A stretch of DNA of 64,000 nucleotides from Bacillota bacterium (GCA_017440145.1 JAFSHU010000036.1:14387-78386); one strand, 5' to 3'. Counted from the first letter of the stretch, positions 39,721-50,573 are shown. Numbers and translations: made by a program. Notes: a model not told the origin generated them from the sequence alone.

Positions 39721-40947
39721 GTGGATTCCATCATAAAAAATGCCAGAGCTGCCATGGAAGAACAGGCGGACAAGCTGGAAAAAATTTGCGAGGAAAACTT
39801 TTATCGTGTGCTGAACGCATTCCGCGAAGAAAAGGTTTCGGCACAGCATTTCCGTACCACCACCGGGTATGGCTATAATGATATGGGGCGGGACAAGCTG
39901 GAGCAGGTCTATGCCCGTGTCTTTGGTGCAGAGGCTGCTCTGGTGCGTCAGAATATCGTATCCGGCAGCCATGCCATTGCTTTGGCTCTGGCGGGAAATC
40001 TTCTCCCCGGGGATCAGCTTCTTTCTCTGGGTATGCCTTATGATACTCTGCAGACCGTGATGGGCATCAATCGTCCCACCCCCGGCAGCCTGCGGGAGTA
40101 TGGGGTGGAATGCACGATCTACGATATGGATTTTGCCAGGCCGAATCTGGAAGAAATCAAAGCGCAGCTGACGGAAAGAACAAAAATGGTGGCGCTGCAG
40201 AGATCCAGAGGCTACAGCACACGTCCTTCTTTATCGGTAAAGACCATCGTGGAGATCTGCGATGCGGTGAAATCGGTTCGCCCGGATGTGATCTTTTTCG
40301 TGGATAACTGCTACGGGGAGTTCGTGGAGACCACAGAGCCCAGCATGTTTTCTGTGGATCTGATGGCCGGCTCCCTGATCAAAAACCCTGGTGCCGGCAT
40401 CGCGCCCGGCGGCGGCTATATCGTGGGCCGCGCAGAATATGTGGAGCGGGCTGCTGTACGTTTGACTGTCCCCGGTGCAGGCAGCGAGCTGGGGCCCACC
40501 CTGAGTGACCCCCGACCTTATTATCAGTCTCTTTATCTGGCGCCGCAGATCGTTATGGAAGCGCTTCTCGGTGCAATTTTCACGGCAGCTGTTCTGGAGC
40601 AGATGGGCTTTTCCGTCAGCCCCGGCAGCCGGGAAGCCAGAGCGGATATTATTCAGACTGTCAATCTTTCCACTCCGGAACGCCTGATCGCCTTTTGCCA
40701 GGGGATTCAGAAATATTCTCCGGTGGATAGCTTTGTTCAGCCTCTTCCCTGGCCCATGCCCGGCTACGACAATGATATCATTATGGCCAGCGGCAGCTTT
40801 GTGGATGGTTCCTCCATTGAGCTCTCTGCGGATGCTCCTCTTCGGGAACCCTATTCCGTCTTTATGCAGGGTGGCCTGAGCCGCTGGCATACGGTATATG
40901 CTTTGCAGAATACATTACAGGATATGAAGGAGCAGGGGCTTCTTTAA
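39721..40947 (+). CDS. methionine gamma-lyase family (aluminium resistance / YnbB-like) PLP-dependent protein
   Basis: GTG start 6 nt after GGGAGG; Cys/Met-metabolism PLP-enzyme fold; the usual hfq neighbour in Firmicutes. Confidence 0.75.
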   Translation: MDSIIKNARAAMEEQADKLEKICEENFYRVLNAFREEKVSAQHFRTTTGYGYNDMGRDKLEQVYARVFGAEAALVRQNIVSGSHAIALALAGNLLPGDQLLSLGMPYDTLQTVMGINRPTPGSLREYGVECTIYDMDFARPNLEEIKAQLTERTKMVALQRSRGYSTRPSLSVKTIVEICDAVKSVRPDVIFFVDNCYGEFVETTEPSMFSVDLMAGSLIKNPGAGIAPGGGYIVGRAEYVERAAVRLTVPGAGSELGPTLSDPRPYYQSLYLAPQIVMEALLGAIFTAAVLEQMGFSVSPGSREARADIIQTVNLSTPERLIAFCQGIQKYSPVDSFVQPLPWPMPGYDNDIIMASGSFVDGSSIELSADAPLREPYSVFMQGGLSRWHTVYALQNTLQDMKEQGLL

Positions 40948-40981
40948 TTCTCCTGCTTCCTCTCTTTTGGAAAGACACAGG

Positions 40982-41032
40982 AAAAAGCAGATTCACTTTC
41001 CCCAGGAAAGCCGGGGCGTGAATCTGCTTTTT
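40982..41032. terminator. bidirectional terminator between ynbB-like (+) and the CAP gene (-)
   Basis: 15-bp stem AAAAAGCAGATTCAC/GTGAATCTGCTTTTT. Confidence 0.7.
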
Positions 41033-41063
41033 CCATATATTGGGCTAAGACAAAGGAGGGCGT

Positions 41064-41999
41064 TTAATCGGCAAAGAACTGCGCCCAGCCATAACCGCGG
41101 GTGGCCTTTTCCGTGGCAACGCCAATCCGGCTATAGCTGCTGTTCATAATGTTTTCCCGGTGGCCGGGGGAATTCATCCAATCCTCCACCACCTGCCTGG
41201 CAGTGCTTTGCCCCAGTGCAATATTTTCACCGGCCCGTCGGTAGGATGCGCCGACCTGATCCAAAGCCGTGAAGCAGCTGCTCCCATTGGGACGGGTATG
41301 GCTGAAGGTACCCAGGATTTCCTTGGCACGGATCTCTGCGGCAGCACTCAGATCCGGGTCGATGGTGAGGGGGGCCAGACCTTCTGCGGCCCGCTCCTCA
41401 TTTACCAGTTCCACCACTTCTTGTGCGAAATTGCTGATTGTACCGGTGCTTGCCGCAGGCTTTTCTATAGGCTTGGAGCCAGTGTTTGCAGTGACTTCCG
41501 TAATTGTTTCCGTATTCGGCTGGAAGCCGGGGGTATAGGCATTGCATTGCTCCCGAAGCATCGCGAAATAGCTCCGCAGCAAGCTTCCATAATCCAAAAA
41601 GGATGATTTCGCGCAGGAGCTGCTGGTCGGCGCTTTGCTGCCGGATTGGGAAACAGCACTTTCCCCATTGTTTGCACTGAGCCCACTCTCCGCTTTGCAG
41701 CTATAGGCAGAGGGAGCTTCGGAGAGGGCTTCAGAGCGGCTTGTCCCTTTGAAGAGCAAGCTCAGCAGCTGAGTATTCTGGGAGCTTTTCTTGTCCTGAT
41801 TTCCGCAAAAACTGTTTTCTTCCGCATTTTTGTGTTCTTCGCAGCTGCTGCAGTATGTATGGAAACGACTTTCGCAGCTGCTTTCATATGCGCAGCCTTC
41901 AGAGGAAAGGATCGAATCGGCTGCCTCTGCAGGGAGGGGTGAGCTCAGCACCATACAGCAAGCAACAAGAAACAACAGCATCCGGACTCTTTTTTTCAT
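41064..41999 (-). CDS. secreted CAP/SCP (PR-1-like, YkwD family) domain protein with a Cys/Ser-rich N-terminal region
   Basis: Signal peptide MKKRVRMLLFLVACCMVLSSPLPAEA; C-terminal CAP domain (VELVNEERAAEGLAPL...HTRPNGSS...GENIALGQST...WMNSPGHRENIMNSSYSRIGVA). Confidence 0.7.
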   Translation of the reverse strand: MKKRVRMLLFLVACCMVLSSPLPAEAADSILSSEGCAYESSCESRFHTYCSSCEEHKNAEENSFCGNQDKKSSQNTQLLSLLFKGTSRSEALSEAPSAYSCKAESGLSANNGESAVSQSGSKAPTSSSCAKSSFLDYGSLLRSYFAMLREQCNAYTPGFQPNTETITEVTANTGSKPIEKPAASTGTISNFAQEVVELVNEERAAEGLAPLTIDPDLSAAAEIRAKEILGTFSHTRPNGSSCFTALDQVGASYRRAGENIALGQSTARQVVEDWMNSPGHRENIMNSSYSRIGVATEKATRGYGWAQFFAD

Positions 42000-42221
42000 A
42001 ATCAACCTCCAGGATGTTTGATGATGTTTGATTATAGCATTTTTTATCCCATAATACAAATCCAAATGCTGGTATAGCTGGTCTTTTGCTCCATATTCCT
42101 GCTGTCGGAAACTTCTTTTTCCTCTGCGGCAGGCTGCGACAAAATTTTGGAATGCCGCCGTTTATAATAAAGCAGAAAGGAGAATTTATCCTTGTTTTAT
42201 TATAAAGAGGCGGTGATTTTT

Positions 42222-44627
42222 ATGTCAGATGCTCCAAGAATATATCCATTCAGACGCAATGGTGCTTCAGCCATCTCCCGACCAAGCTACATAACAAAAA
42301 AACGCTTTAAAGCTTCTCTTCTTTCTGATTGGGCTACGGTGCTATCTTTGTCTTTGTGTGCTTTTCTCCTGGCCCGCGCACAGATTCTGGGCGGGCTTTA
42401 CCCCTTTGGCCCAGCCTTTCTGGGGGCGGCCTCCCTGGTTTATCCTAAAAAGGGGGCAATTTATCTCCTGCCTGTGCTGCTGGGGATGTTCACTGCAATG
42501 GATGGCCCGATTTTCCTGGTGTATGCAGCGATGTGCTGCCTTTTGACGGTGATTTTTCTTCTGTATGCCGTAGATGGGAAAAAGCAGTGGTTTGTTCTGC
42601 CCGGGATGATCGTTGCTTCTGTGATGGTCAGCAAAGGTCTTTTGATCTCCCTGACCACCTTCACGGATTATCAGCTGATGCTCAGTATTTTTGAAAGCCT
42701 GATCAGCGCGGGTGTTTCCTTGATCTTTTTGGTCATCCTTTCCGCAGTCCGCCGTTTTGATGTGGCCAGACGCTTTTCCATGGACGAAACAGTCTGCATC
42801 TTTATTGCGGCGATGGGTCTGCTTTGCGGATTAAATAGCTGGTATATCGGCGGGCTGGATATTCAAAGCATGCTCAGCCGCTTGCTCATTCTCATTGTCG
42901 CCTATTTGGGCGGCGGTGGAGCCGGAGCGGCAGTGGGCGCCATGGTCGGTATCATCCCCAGTATTTCTCAGGTGATCGCACCCTCTATTATTGCGACCTA
43001 TGCTTTTTCCGGCCTTTTGGCTGGCGTTTTTGGCAGCTTTGGCCGTCTGGGTGCAGGGATTGGTTTTATTCTGGGGAATTTGATCCTGGCTTTGTATATC
43101 CTGACTGGCGGGGAAATCAGCAGCAGCCTGCTGGCCAGCGCGGTGGCGGCCTTGTTTTTCCTGGTACTGCCGCGTCAGTTTTATTCCCGTTTGAAGCGCT
43201 CCTTTGCCTCCACCGGCTTGAAAAGTGCGGTTGAAGAAAAGAATGAGCGCCTGCTGAAACTGGCTGTGCGTAAGCTGCGGAATTCCGGCTGGGCCTTTCG
43301 GGATCTGGCAGCTTCTCTTACGGTTTCGGAGGAAAGCCTGCCGGAAGAGGATAACAATATTAAGGTTTGCATAGAGCAGCTTTCCCATCAGCTGTGCAGC
43401 CACTGCTCTCTGCGGGATATCTGCTGGGAAATTGATTATCACGAGACCTTTACCGGCCTGATCCGCCTTTTTGAGCAGGTGAAGCTGAACAATCTGGTCA
43501 GCATGAAGGACGCGCCGGAAAATTTTGCGAAGCGCTGCCCGCATATCAAGGAGCTTCTGGCCATCGTAAACTGCCTTTACGATCTGTATTGCCGCAGTAC
43601 CTATTGGCAGATGCAAAGAGCCAGCAGCCGGAATTTGCTCAGCAGCCAGCTGAATGGTGTCGCGGAATCCCTGGATAAAATTGCAAAAGAAATCGTGGAT
43701 TTTGGTGATGAGCGGGAAATGCTGGAGCGGGAGCTGCAGCGGGCCATTGCCAAACGGGGACTGCCCATTGACGGAGCCGGCCTGCTTTCCATCAGTGATA
43801 AGGCGCTGGATCTTTGGGCTCAATATGTGGAATGCCCCGGAGAAAGCTTTTGCCGCCAGGCGGTTGAGGATGAGGTCAGCCGTTTGCTGGGCTGTGATTT
43901 CAGCGTCCATGAGCACAGCTGCGGCGGGAAGAACTGCAGCGAGCGCTGCAGCTATCGCATGCTGGCCAGCGGCGCGCATATGCTCAGCATTGGACAAGCC
44001 CAGCTGGCGAAGGATGGCCGGGATGTTTGCGGGGATAGCGGCGGCAGCATTATGCTGGATGAAGGCCGACAGCTGCTGATGATCAGTGACGGCATGGGTG
44101 TGGGGGACAAGGCGGCCAACGAAAGCGCAGAAGCGATCGCCATGGTCAGCCATTTATTGGAAGCTGGATTCAAGCAGGAAACAGCGATAGATGTGGTCAA
44201 TGCCGCTTTGTCCCTACGGGGCAACGAAGAGAGCTTTGTTACCCTGGATCTTTGTGTGGTGGATCTTTATAGCGGTATGGCGGATTTCATCAAAAGCGGC
44301 AGCTCTGCCAGTTATATCAAACGGGGCAGCCAGGTGAAAATGGTGCGTGGTGCGGCCTTGCCCGTTGGTATGCTGTATAATGCAGATAAAGATATCATCA
44401 GCGAACAGCTTCTGCCGGGGGATATGGTCATTATGGCCTCAGACGGTTTGCTGGGAATGGATATGGATGACCAGGGGCAGTGGCTGAGCCGCGTGATCGA
44501 GCAGGCTGTGGTGAACAATCCCCAAGCGATGGCGGAATATCTTTTGGATAAAGTCATCTGCATCAGCAATGGGATAATCAAGGACGTTATTACGGTATTG
44601 GTCGCCCAGATGGGAGATGTTGTCTAG
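42222..44627 (+). CDS. spoIIE: stage II sporulation protein E (PP2C phosphatase)
   Basis: About 10 N-terminal TM helices; C-terminal PP2C domain (GDSGGSIMLDEG...MISDGMGVGDKAA...MASDGLL); the ATG at 42222 has RBS AAAGAGG. The track ORF starts at the TTG at 42192. Confidence 0.9.
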   Translation: MSDAPRIYPFRRNGASAISRPSYITKKRFKASLLSDWATVLSLSLCAFLLARAQILGGLYPFGPAFLGAASLVYPKKGAIYLLPVLLGMFTAMDGPIFLVYAAMCCLLTVIFLLYAVDGKKQWFVLPGMIVASVMVSKGLLISLTTFTDYQLMLSIFESLISAGVSLIFLVILSAVRRFDVARRFSMDETVCIFIAAMGLLCGLNSWYIGGLDIQSMLSRLLILIVAYLGGGGAGAAVGAMVGIIPSISQVIAPSIIATYAFSGLLAGVFGSFGRLGAGIGFILGNLILALYILTGGEISSSLLASAVAALFFLVLPRQFYSRLKRSFASTGLKSAVEEKNERLLKLAVRKLRNSGWAFRDLAASLTVSEESLPEEDNNIKVCIEQLSHQLCSHCSLRDICWEIDYHETFTGLIRLFEQVKLNNLVSMKDAPENFAKRCPHIKELLAIVNCLYDLYCRSTYWQMQRASSRNLLSSQLNGVAESLDKIAKEIVDFGDEREMLERELQRAIAKRGLPIDGAGLLSISDKALDLWAQYVECPGESFCRQAVEDEVSRLLGCDFSVHEHSCGGKNCSERCSYRMLASGAHMLSIGQAQLAKDGRDVCGDSGGSIMLDEGRQLLMISDGMGVGDKAANESAEAIAMVSHLLEAGFKQETAIDVVNAALSLRGNEESFVTLDLCVVDLYSGMADFIKSGSSASYIKRGSQVKMVRGAALPVGMLYNADKDIISEQLLPGDMVIMASDGLLGMDMDDQGQWLSRVIEQAVVNNPQAMAEYLLDKVICISNGIIKDVITVLVAQMGDVV

Positions 44628-44769
44628 CCCACAAATGCTATTTTTCCTTTGTTATACAGGAAAAAGCCAGCTAATAGAGAATCAAAATAAGGAGCCAGGG
44701 CTTTTGCTCAGGGCTTCTTATTTTATATCTCTGCATATCTCTGTATCGCATTGCTTTTGGGAGAAACGT

Positions 44770-46146
44770 ATGTCTGAACAAGAGAAGAAGCTGGCTGCTT
44801 TTATTCAGCGTTGGGATTTGATTCGCCCGGGGGAACAGCTTGTGCTGGCCGTATCCGGAGGGGTAGATTCGGTGGTGATGGCGCATCTTTTGCTGTCTTT
44901 GCAGAAGCAGCTCGATTTTTACCCGGTGATCGCCAGCTTTAATCATCAGCTGCGTCCGGAGGCTCAGGAGGAGCTGGATTTCGTAGCGGAATTGGCTCGC
45001 AAATGGGCAGTTCCTTTTCATGGGGGCTCGGCAGATGTAGCCCGGCTGGCAAAAGGGAAAAACCTGGAGGATGTGGCCCGGCAGGAGCGCTATGCTTTTT
45101 TGCGGAAAATCGCCTATCGCTATGGCGGCGCCCGGATCGCTACAGCCCACCATCGGGAGGATCAGGCAGAAACTTTGCTTTTGCACTTGCTGCGTGGCAG
45201 CGGCTCTTCCGGCCTTTCCGCCATCTCTCCGAAAGAAAACGGTCTCATTCGCCCGATGCTCTGCCTGAGCCGGGGGGAGATCGAGGCTTATGCTGCGCGG
45301 CATCAGCTGGAATTCCGTCAGGATCGGAGCAATTTTTCTCCCCGTTTTCAGCGGAATCGGGTGCGCTGGGAGCTGCTCCCGCATTTGGCAGAATTTAACC
45401 CCCAAATTGTATCGGCATTGAATGCCACAGCAGATATTTGCCGGGAAGAGGATGCGCTTTTGGAGGATTTGGCTTCCAATGCGCTGGCAGAGGCCCTGGA
45501 TGCGGAGGATCGCCTGTCGCTAAGCGCTTTGTCTCAAATGCCTCTGGCGCTTTCCCGCCGCGTGGTTCGCAAGCTGTTTTGTCTGCAGGCCGGGGAGGGG
45601 TATGAATTAAGCTTCGATCAGGTAGAGGGTATTTTATCTTTGAGAGAAGGTAAGTCCCTTGCCCTGCCCGGGGGCAGGCACGCGCTTTGCCGGGACGGGG
45701 CTTTGCGGATCCTTCGGGAAATTCCGGAGCTGCCGCATTTTTCGGAGCTTTACCCTCTTATTCTGGATGAGCATTGGCAGGCTTTGCCCGGTTGGGGCTG
45801 GGAATACTGCTGTATGCCTTTGTCCCATACGGCGCAGCCCTCCGCCAAACAGCTGCATGGAAACGCAGGCCTTTTTTATCTTGTCCCCGCAGATGCGTTT
45901 TCCGCTTTCTATTGGCGGACCCGGCGGGAAGGGGATGCAGTTCTCTCCTCCGGCGCCAAAGGAAAGCGTAAGCTAAAAGACCTGTTTATCGATAAGAAGA
46001 TATTTCCTTCTCAGCGGCAAAGCTGGCCCATTCTGACGGATGGGAAAGAAATTCTCTGGGTGCCGGGGCTCTGGAAAAAGAAGCTGTCGGAGATTCCCCG
46101 AGATATGATATTGATAAAAGTTCGGCAAAGTGATATTATAAAATGA
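44770..46146 (+). CDS. tilS: tRNA(Ile)-lysidine synthetase
   Basis: LVLAVSGGVDSVVMAHLL PP-loop; start at the ATG after GGGAGA. The track ORF is extended upstream into the spoIIE 3' end. Confidence 0.9.
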   Translation: MSEQEKKLAAFIQRWDLIRPGEQLVLAVSGGVDSVVMAHLLLSLQKQLDFYPVIASFNHQLRPEAQEELDFVAELARKWAVPFHGGSADVARLAKGKNLEDVARQERYAFLRKIAYRYGGARIATAHHREDQAETLLLHLLRGSGSSGLSAISPKENGLIRPMLCLSRGEIEAYAARHQLEFRQDRSNFSPRFQRNRVRWELLPHLAEFNPQIVSALNATADICREEDALLEDLASNALAEALDAEDRLSLSALSQMPLALSRRVVRKLFCLQAGEGYELSFDQVEGILSLREGKSLALPGGRHALCRDGALRILREIPELPHFSELYPLILDEHWQALPGWGWEYCCMPLSHTAQPSAKQLHGNAGLFYLVPADAFSAFYWRTRREGDAVLSSGAKGKRKLKDLFIDKKIFPSQRQSWPILTDGKEILWVPGLWKKKLSEIPRDMILIKVRQSDIIK

Positions 46147-46221
46147 TGGAATAAGACTCGCTGTGAAAGTGGGCTTATATAGAGAGCAGGAACGAAAACT
46201 TTGTGTGAAAGGAGCGTCCTC

Positions 46222-48219
46222 TTGAACAAAATACTCAAGAACTCCACGATTTTTATTTTACTTGTTCTGATCATCCTGACGATTTATACCCTTCAGACGC
46301 CTTCCTCTTCGCTGGTGAATCTGAATTATTCGGAATTCCTCACCAAGGTGGAGGCAGGGGAGATCACGGAGGTCAATATTGCTGCGGAAAATGAAGCCGG
46401 GCGTTACACGATCACCGGTGAAATGCTGGATGGCAGCCGCTTTGAGACCATTGCTTTCCCGGATCCGGACATTAGCAGCTTCCTTACGGAGCATCAGGTC
46501 ATTATCAATTATGATGCGGTGACGGCTTCCTGGTTTTCCTCTCTTCTGATGACCCTGCTGCCCATGCTGCTGATCGTGGGCGTGTTTATGTTTATCATGC
46601 ACCAGGGCCAGGGCGGCGGCGGGAAGATCATGCAGTTCGGCAAAAGCCGGGCAAAACTGCAGACAGATGCCCGCAAAAAGGTCACCTTTGCGGATGTTGC
46701 CGGAATTGATGAAGTAAAAGAAGAGCTGGAAGAGGTCGTTGGCTTCCTGAAAGACCCGCGCAAATATAACGCGCTGGGTGCAAGGATCCCGAAAGGCGTT
46801 TTGCTTTATGGCCCTCCCGGCTGCGGCAAAACCTTGCTGGCCCGGGCAGTTGCCGGGGAAGCCGGAGTTCCCTTTTTCTCCATTTCCGGTTCTGATTTTG
46901 TGGAAATGTTTGTTGGTGTGGGTGCCAGCCGTGTTCGCGATCTGTTTGATCAGGCAAAGAAGCACAATCCCTGCATCATCTTTATCGATGAGATCGATGC
47001 CGTGGGCCGCCAGCGCGGTGCCGGCCTCGGCGGTGGGCATGATGAAAGAGAGCAGACCCTGAATCAGCTCCTGGTGGAGATGGATGGCTTTTCGAATAAT
47101 GAGGGGATCATTGTCATGGCGGCAACCAACCGCCCGGACATTCTTGACCCCGCTTTGCTGCGTCCCGGCCGCTTTGACCGGGAGATTACGGTGGATGCGC
47201 CGGATGTGCTGGGGCGCCAGCAGATTCTGGAAGTCCACGCAAAAAATAAGCCTATTTCCCCCGGTGTGGATTTGAGCCTTATTGCCCGCCGCACCCCCGG
47301 CTTTACCGGTGCGGATCTGGCCAATGTATTGAATGAAGCTGCTTTGCTGGCTGCCCGCAACAATAAATCCAGAATTGAACTGCAGGATCTGGAACAGGCA
47401 GTGGAGCGGGTTATTGCCGGGCCGGAGAAAAAATCCAAGGTCATCAGTGATAAAGAAAAGAAGCTGGTGGCTTATCACGAAGCCGGTCATGCAGTTGTTT
47501 CCTATTTCCTGCCGAACTCTGATCCTCTGCATAAGGTCAGTATCATCCCCAGAGGGCGAGCCGGTGGTTATACCTTGTTGCTGCCGAAGGAAGACCGGAA
47601 TTATGCCACGAAATCCCAGATGCTGGATTCCCTGGTTCTGCTGCTGGGTGGTCGCATGGCGGAAAAGCTGGTCCTGAAAGATGTTTCTACCGGCGCCCAG
47701 AACGATTTGGAGCGGGCAACGGAAACCGTTCGGGAAATGCTTACCCGCTACGGCATGAGTGAGGAATTGGGTCCCCTGACCTTCGGCAAGCGTCAGGATA
47801 CGGTTTTCCTGGGTCGGGATATTTCTCAGGAACGCAATTACAGTGAAGCCATTGCCTATGCCATCGATAAAGAAGCCCGGGCCATTATGGATGAGGCCTA
47901 TCACCGGGCGGAGCAGATCCTTTCCGCGCATATCAATGAGCTGCATCAGCTGGCGAAGCTTTTGATGGAGCGGGAAACCATCGAAGCCGTCGAATTCTAT
48001 CGGCTGATGAAGGATCATCCGGCTGCCTCCCCTGATATGGCAGAGGCTGCCCGTCAGGCTCTGGCGGCTCCTGCGAAGCCCGCCACAGCTGCACCTGAGG
48101 AGTCGGCAAACAAAGAAAAAACATCTTCTGTGAAGATCGGAGATCAGTTTGACCATTTTTCCGGTGAGCAGGCTGCAAAGGAAAAACCCAGTGTAAATAT
48201 TTCTTTCAGAAATAAATAA
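46222..48219 (+). CDS. ftsH: ATP-dependent zinc metalloprotease FtsH
   Basis: TTG start after AAAGGAG; Walker [27 protein letters not shown] zinc site. Confidence 0.95.
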   Translation: MNKILKNSTIFILLVLIILTIYTLQTPSSSLVNLNYSEFLTKVEAGEITEVNIAAENEAGRYTITGEMLDGSRFETIAFPDPDISSFLTEHQVIINYDAVTASWFSSLLMTLLPMLLIVGVFMFIMHQGQGGGGKIMQFGKSRAKLQTDARKKVTFADVAGIDEVKEELEEVVGFLKDPRKYNALGARIPKGVLLYGPPGCGKTLLARAVAGEAGVPFFSISGSDFVEMFVGVGASRVRDLFDQAKKHNPCIIFIDEIDAVGRQRGAGLGGGHDEREQTLNQLLVEMDGFSNNEGIIVMAATNRPDILDPALLRPGRFDREITVDAPDVLGRQQILEVHAKNKPISPGVDLSLIARRTPGFTGADLANVLNEAALLAARNNKSRIELQDLEQAVERVIAGPEKKSKVISDKEKKLVAYHEAGHAVVSYFLPNSDPLHKVSIIPRGRAGGYTLLLPKEDRNYATKSQMLDSLVLLLGGRMAEKLVLKDVSTGAQNDLERATETVREMLTRYGMSEELGPLTFGKRQDTVFLGRDISQERNYSEAIAYAIDKEARAIMDEAYHRAEQILSAHINELHQLAKLLMERETIEAVEFYRLMKDHPAASPDMAEAARQALAAPAKPATAAPEESANKEKTSSVKIGDQFDHFSGEQAAKEKPSVNISFRNK

Positions 48220-48305
48220 AACTTGATAGACTCTCTTTGTGGGCAAGCTCTGGTTTTTCGCCAGGGCTTGTCCCGTCTGTATTTTTGCTTCTTTGGAGGA
48301 TGAAT

Positions 48306-48851
48306 ATGGAGAAAGCTTTGTATCAGGAGCATCGTTTAAAAGATGGTCGGATGCTGGTGATCCGTTCTGCCGGGGCAGAGGATTACAAGGCCTATTCCCG
48401 TTTGTTGCATCGCTGTGGCGCAGAGACAGATAATCTTAGCTTTGGCGCAGAGGATTGCCCCTATACGGAAGAATATTGCCGCAGCTATCTGCAATCCCTG
48501 GAGGAAAAGCCGGCCTCTCTGTGCCTCCTGGCTTTTGTGGAGGATGCTTTGGTTGGAGAAATCAGCTTAAACCAGCTGCCAAGACGCTGCGCGCATACAG
48601 CGGAGCTGGGGATCTGTATTATACAGGATTGTTGCGGCATGGGCATTGGCCGTTTGCTGATGGATGCTGCAATGGATGCGGCCCGCAGGGATGGGCAGCT
48701 GCATTCGCTTTGTTTAACTGTGGATGCGGATAACGAGGCAGGGCTTCGCTTGTATTCCCGCTGCGGCTTTCAGGAATATGGCCGCTATCGCGCCAGTGTT
48801 TACATAGATGGCGCATATCACGACATGGTTTTGATGAATTATTATTTTTAG
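48306..48851 (+). CDS. GNAT family N-acetyltransferase
   Basis: ATG 6 nt after GGAGG; acetyl-CoA binding motif (ICIIQDCCGMGIGRLLMDAAMDAARRDG). Confidence 0.75.
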   Translation: MEKALYQEHRLKDGRMLVIRSAGAEDYKAYSRLLHRCGAETDNLSFGAEDCPYTEEYCRSYLQSLEEKPASLCLLAFVEDALVGEISLNQLPRRCAHTAELGICIIQDCCGMGIGRLLMDAAMDAARRDGQLHSLCLTVDADNEAGLRLYSRCGFQEYGRYRASVYIDGAYHDMVLMNYYF

Positions 48852-48867
48852 GACAAGGACAAGGACA

Positions 48868-49686
48868 ATGTTTGATATTTTTTCTTATCTTCGGGATTTT
48901 CATGCTGCATCCCCCTGTCTGTTGATGGGGATTCTGAATCTTACGCCGGACAGCTTTCATGACGGGGCTTGCTATAACCAAAAAGAGAAGGCCATAGAGC
49001 AGCTGCTGCATTTAAGGGATGCCGGAGCCCAGATCGTGGATCTGGGGGCCATGTCCAGCCGCCCGGGGCATGCATTTGTCACGGAAGAAGAAGAGATTTC
49101 CCGCCTGGCCCTTGTTTTGGAGCAGGAAATTCCTGATCGCCCCTTGCTTTCTGTGGATACGGACAAGCCAGAGGTTGCCGCTTATGCCCTGGAGCAGGGT
49201 GTGCAGATCATTAACGATTGCAGCGGGCTCTTGCAGGCTGATATGTATCGACTGGCGGCCCGGAAGGCTGCCCCCTTGATCGTTATGCATCGGCAGGGGG
49301 AAGAGGGTCGGCACACGGATATTTGCCGGGAGGTTCAGGATTTTTTCCGGGAATGCATTGCCTTTGGTAAGCTTTATGGCGTGCAGGAGCGGCAACTTAT
49401 TCTGGATCCCGGTTTGGGCTTTAACAAGAGCATTGAGGAGAATCTGCAGCTGATGGCTGCTTTACCGGAGTTTTCCGGCTTTGGTCTGCCTGTTTTGTTG
49501 GGCTTTTCCCATAAGCGTTTTGTCTCCGGGATCAGCGGGGAGCCTCCTGCGCAATCGCCCGGCGGAAATCTGGCGGCTGCGGTCTATGGCTTCCTGCATG
49601 GGGCATCTATCCTGCGGATGCATGATTTGGAGCTTTTGAAGCCACTGCTGCAAGCTGCAGCTGTTTTATGGAAAGAGCAGAGGTGA
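48868..49686 (+). CDS. folP: dihydropteroate synthase
   Basis: MGILNLTPDSFHDG pterin-binding signature, 272 aa. Confidence 0.9.
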   Translation: MFDIFSYLRDFHAASPCLLMGILNLTPDSFHDGACYNQKEKAIEQLLHLRDAGAQIVDLGAMSSRPGHAFVTEEEEISRLALVLEQEIPDRPLLSVDTDKPEVAAYALEQGVQIINDCSGLLQADMYRLAARKAAPLIVMHRQGEEGRHTDICREVQDFFRECIAFGKLYGVQERQLILDPGLGFNKSIEENLQLMAALPEFSGFGLPVLLGFSHKRFVSGISGEPPAQSPGGNLAAAVYGFLHGASILRMHDLELLKPLLQAAAVLWKEQR

Positions 49687-49692
49687 ATTTCT

Positions 49693-50061
49693 ATGGATAA
49701 GATTATTTTGCCGGAAATCCGGATCATGGCCTGCCATGGCTGCTTTCCGGAGGAAAAAGTGAAGCCACAGCCTTTTGTGATTGGTCTGACGCTGTTTCTG
49801 GACCTCCAGCCGGCTGGGAGAAGTGATGATTTGCTGGATACCGTGGATTATGGTAAGCTGTTTCTGGAGATTCGGGAGCTTGCTGTTTCTCATAGCTATA
49901 ACCTGATCGAGGCTTTGGCGGAAGCCGTGGCGCAGCGGGCTCTGGCAGAAGCTCTGGTGGAGCAGGTTACGGTAAGCGTGGAAAAACCCGAGGCCAAAGC
50001 GGCGGGGATGGTTTTTCCCTCCCGGGTGGAAATTCAGCGCACGAAGGAGCTTTGCCTATGA
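49693..50061 (+). CDS. folB: dihydroneopterin aldolase
   Basis: 122 aa; FolB fold; positioned between folP and folK. Confidence 0.85.
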   Translation: MDKIILPEIRIMACHGCFPEEKVKPQPFVIGLTLFLDLQPAGRSDDLLDTVDYGKLFLEIRELAVSHSYNLIEALAEAVAQRALAEALVEQVTVSVEKPEAKAAGMVFPSRVEIQRTKELCL

Positions 50062-50573
50062 GCTGGGCCTGCTTGTCTCTGGGGAGCAATCTGGGGGACA
50101 GCCGTTCCTATCTGCAGCAGGCAATATCCGCTATAACGAAGGAAAGCAGCTGTCAGCTTCTGGCGAAGTCCTCCCTTTATCGCACTGCGGCCTGGGGGAA
50201 GACCGATCAGCCGGATTTTTTAAATGCAGCTGTGCTGCTGGAAACTTCTCTGGAGCCCCTGGCTCTGCTGGCCTTCTGCCAGCAGCTGGAAAAAGAAGCA
50301 GGGCGCCTGCGTTTGGAGCATTGGGGACCCCGTACCCTGGATGTGGATATTATTGCGATCGAAGGCTGCACCCGGAACGAACAGCCTTTGCTCCTGCCGC
50401 ACCCCTATTATCGGGAACGGCTTTTTGTGCTGCGTCCTCTGCTGGAAATTCTGGGGGATTCCCCACTGGCTCCCGGCGAGCCTGGGCTGGCTGCTTTGGA
50501 AGAGGCCTGTATTCTGCGGGATCCTGAGCAAAACCGCTTGATTGAGGTTCTGGCTGGGCCGGAGGAATGGTAG
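50052..50573 (+). CDS. folK: 2-amino-4-hydroxy-6-hydroxymethyldihydropteridine pyrophosphokinase
   Basis: HPPK signature (GPRTLDVDII), 173 aa, overlaps the folB end. Confidence 0.85.
   Translation: MPMSWACLSLGSNLGDSRSYLQQAISAITKESSCQLLAKSSLYRTAAWGKTDQPDFLNAAVLLETSLEPLALLAFCQQLEKEAGRLRLEHWGPRTLDVDIIAIEGCTRNEQPLLLPHPYYRERLFVLRPLLEILGDSPLAPGEPGLAALEEACILRDPEQNRLIEVLAGPEEW

Noticed and set aside
42831-44153. 440-aa minus-strand ORF inside spoIIE; 662-aa minus ORF 46258-48246 inside ftsH; and ORFs 35021-36055 and 36175-37365 opposite mutS and mutL
   Set aside because: All are antisense to well-conserved genes with strong motifs on the plus strand and have no features of their own.
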